DNA of 63,043 nucleotides, counting the filler, from Aduncisulcus paluster (taxonomy: Eukaryota): the NCBI GenBank assembly GCA_024181965.1. It is 4 parts of 4 records of this genome, joined end to end, with 100 filler letters (N's around TTAATTAATTAA, not from the genome) between each part and the next. Parts side by side here need not be neighbours in the genome. Positions count along the whole stretch, not along the records: positions 57,637 to 63,043 come from BQXS01013473.1; 3 more parts are not named here. One strand, given 5' to 3'. A model generated the notes under the pieces. It saw only the letters and a program-made list of their open reading frames with translations, did not search any database and was not told the DNA's origin. Position 1 is the first letter of the stretch; each line of letters begins with the position of its first letter. This document shows positions 60,226-63,043 of this stretch, one piece after another. A program made the translations under genes and the position numbers.

Positions 60226-62583
60226 CTATTCGACAGAATCATTTCCATCATCAATTTTTTCATCAAACAAAAGCTGTCTCCTGGCATTTGATGAAAGGCC
60301 TTCATCGCCAGATATTTTAGGCGAATCATCCACCATAGCTTTATCTTCCGGCATTCTATATTCCTCATGTGTGACAGCATGATCGTCTTCTTGCTCTTGT
60401 TTCATTGGTTCCATTTTATATGCTCCAAGCGTTGTGATACCTTCGGCAACGTTTAACTCCTTGATTCTTTCATCAAGCTCACTGTGTGTCCACACTTCAT
60501 CATCTTTATCGCCATCTTTTTCACCATCTTCCTCACCGGGCCATGTATCTTCACTCCGTTCTATTTTTGGAAGAGCAGTGCCGGAAGCAGAAGCGGAAAT
60601 GTGTTGTTCCTCGGAATGATTGCTTGACAACTCACTCCCGTGCCTCCGATACCCACGCATTGTCACACAAGGACTATCAAAGACACCAGGGAGAGCTTTG
60701 AGAGGAATGGGAATGCCTGAACTGTCAATGTCGATGCTTGACGAGTCATCGTGAGGATGAGGATCTGTCACAGTCACAGGTTTCTTAACAACACGAGAAC
60801 TATCATGTTGTTCATCAGATTCTGTATCTTCAAGATCAATGGCTTGTAACTCTTGCCACCCTTCTCTATCTCCCTCTCTATTTTTATACCATTGAGAAAT
60901 ACGATCAATTTTTTCTGGTTCCGACTCTTTCGGCATTCTTTCTTCCTCCCGTGTTCCTGACTTATAAAACTCGCGATATTTCTTTGCAAACATGCCCCTG
61001 AATATCTTTTTATCCCATTCTTTCAATAGATTCCTGACTTTCTTTCTTTCATTGCGAACATCATCTGCACCTTTTCCTTTCACAGTGCCCAAAAGAAGGT
61101 CCACAAGGCATTTAGACCACAAGGAAGAGATAGAATGTGAAGCTACTCGCCTTTTGGGAAACAAGAACCTGAAGTCATGGTGAACTTCATCCATGTTAAC
61201 CTCTCTGCGCAATGGAATATCGAACCTATACTCTTTGGCCCCCTTCAGAGTGAAACAACGCTCATCCCCACTCAAGTTAACCTCAACCCCACATGTGATA
61301 TCGATCTGACCTCGTAGCATCAGTGTTTCTGGGTGAAGGTAGAGTAGACGAGGGAGATCAGTCGCAATGAGTAGCCGCAATCGACTGGGACGCAGGAATC
61401 TCTTCTTATTGACAAACGAACAATATAAAACTCTCTCGTTGGACCGTAATAACCGACGAATTATCGCATTCTTGTTGACTCTGTAAACATTCTCACACCC
61501 TTCGTAGGACATACATCTTTGCAGGGAAATGGAGGACCCATCAAGGGCTTTATGAGTAGTTTCAAGGTTAAAAGGAAGCGGGAGGGATGTGATGGAAGAC
61601 CACGAGATACCCTCGAAGAATTGATGTCTAAATATTGATTCATACTCACATTTGCTTCCAATACGTTCGAGGGGTTTTAAACGGAGTAAATGACGGATTA
61701 AATCTTCAAGAGCAGGGCAAGAACCAGCAATATCTGTCGGATACTCGAATACTCCACACTGAACAGCCTGGAAGACAAGGTACTCGCTTGATCTAGCAAA
61801 TGGAGCCTCCCCACAATACATATGGAACAATGTCACACCAAGAGACCATAAATCACTCTCAAGGGTCACAGGAAGTCCCTGGATCACCTCAGGAGCCACA
61901 TACAAGGGGGTTCCACAGAAAGTGGGCCTTGGAATGTTCGGATTATAGTCGCTTTTCTTCTTAGAACGCTTGACATGATGTTGAGATTGTGATACTGATG
62001 GTAATAATGGAGATGAAGGTGGCGGGAACAATTCAGGTCTTGGGCTTGAACATTCTTTTTCCTGATCTTTGTCGACATCTTCCGCCTCAGCAGGGATGAA
62101 AAAGCTCCCGGGGGATTGGTATATATCTTTAGCACTGCCAAAATCTGTTAATCGAATATGTCCATCTTTTCCGATGAGAATGTTATTGGGTTTTATGTCT
62201 CTATGAAGTACTCCAATTCTATGCAAACAAAACAATGTAAAGACGAGTTCAGCCGCAAAAAATCTTATCCATGATATAGGAAGCCTTTTAAATGTCTTAA
62301 TCCATACCGCTAAATCGAAATTCGGAGCATCTTCCATCAAGAAGTATACACAATCCTTATCCTGGAAAGTAGCAACAAGATTAATAATAAATGGATGCTG
62401 CAACAACTTTAATATCTCCTTTTCTGCCATAACAGCGCTAATTTTTTGTTCTCTGAGAATTAATCGTTTGTTTATCTGTTTCAAAGCTCCAATAAAGTCA
62501 TCAGAACGTCTTCTAACTCGATATACATCACTGAATGCACCATGACCCAAACAACAGATAATTTCGAAGTCAGTGATCTTCAT
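60226..62583 (-). CDS. PDK1: 3-phosphoinositide-dependent kinase 1-like AGC kinase with PH domain, 785 aa
   Basis: Kinase motifs GHGAFS, HRDIKPNN, DFGSAK, TFCGTPLYVAPE and SEYLVFQ. The PH segment VNKKRFL..RLRLLIATDLPRLLYLHP..LRGQI is PDK1-type. Confidence 0.85.
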   Translation of the reverse strand: MKITDFEIICCLGHGAFSDVYRVRRRSDDFIGALKQINKRLILREQKISAVMAEKEILKLLQHPFIINLVATFQDKDCVYFLMEDAPNFDLAVWIKTFKRLPISWIRFFAAELVFTLFCLHRIGVLHRDIKPNNILIGKDGHIRLTDFGSAKDIYQSPGSFFIPAEAEDVDKDQEKECSSPRPELFPPPSSPLLPSVSQSQHHVKRSKKKSDYNPNIPRPTFCGTPLYVAPEVIQGLPVTLESDLWSLGVTLFHMYCGEAPFARSSEYLVFQAVQCGVFEYPTDIAGSCPALEDLIRHLLRLKPLERIGSKCEYESIFRHQFFEGISWSSITSLPLPFNLETTHKALDGSSISLQRCMSYEGCENVYRVNKNAIIRRLLRSNERVLYCSFVNKKRFLRPSRLRLLIATDLPRLLYLHPETLMLRGQIDITCGVEVNLSGDERCFTLKGAKEYRFDIPLRREVNMDEVHHDFRFLFPKRRVASHSISSLWSKCLVDLLLGTVKGKGADDVRNERKKVRNLLKEWDKKIFRGMFAKKYREFYKSGTREEERMPKESEPEKIDRISQWYKNREGDREGWQELQAIDLEDTESDEQHDSSRVVKKPVTVTDPHPHDDSSSIDIDSSGIPIPLKALPGVFDSPCVTMRGYRRHGSELSSNHSEEQHISASASGTALPKIERSEDTWPGEEDGEKDGDKDDEVWTHSELDERIKELNVAEGITTLGAYKMEPMKQEQEDDHAVTHEEYRMPEDKAMVDDSPKISGDEGLSSNARRQLLFDEKIDDGNDSVE

Positions 62584-63043
62584 ATTGCATCAATACCGAA
62601 GGGTGGATGTTTCGAGAGCGGTTTCGGTTAATATTGTCGCCTGGGCGAAATGGAAAATAATAAAAAATCTATCCACTTGATCACAATTTTAATTATAAAA
62701 AATACCAATTGTTAATATTAGAGAATCTATATGATCATATGGCCGATCAAATTTATTCTTTTACGTTAAATATATGGTTAAAGAAACAACAAGATCAACT
62801 TGTGAATCAAGTACGACTTTGTCAATTGTTCGATAATATGGATTAAAATTAGTAAATTTTGATTTATAATACACTTAAATTAATAATTTAGCTCTGATAC
62901 ATACATTCTTCTTCCATTATTGCCGTCCATATCCTATTGTTGGATCTGATTGGATATTGTAATATATTTATTACATCCCTTTCCATAAGATACATTTTTA
63001 TTTTTATTTCATCATTTTATCTCATTTTTATTTCGTATTAATG

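Overview
AT-rich, gene-dense nuclear DNA from a protist. It uses the standard code (TAA, TAG and TGA all end conserved genes) and has short 5'-biased GTATGT..AG introns. My recognition of the expanded 'PIPRDDP/MKGAYIC/WYFLPIDL' family suggests the fornicate Aduncisulcus paluster or a relative; this is inference, not verified. The window joins four unrelated scaffolds with artificial 100-nt N/TTAATTAATTAA spacers (19498-19597, 37294-37393, 57537-57636). Nine 20-N gaps adjoin duplicated sequence. Recognisable genes: a CCT-motif protein, SMCR8/folliculin-like, VPS36, TRAPPC13, DIM1, adenylate kinase, EamA/DMT transporter, Frag1/DRAM, FPPS, RPAP3, a GAS2-domain protein and PDK1. Best leads: (1) a glycine-cleavage H-protein-like domain lacking its lipoyl-lysine, fused to an adenylate kinase; (2) an 18-nt double-palindrome insertion with two UGA codons inside DIM1 that has the geometry of a hairpin-type transposon excision footprint, with similar motifs in intergenic DNA; (3) a CCT motif, best known from plants; (4) a lineage-expanded tandem-domain family; (5) a ubiquitin-like fold split by a ~350-aa insert; (6) a G-U-rich intergenic hairpin that may be an ncRNA.
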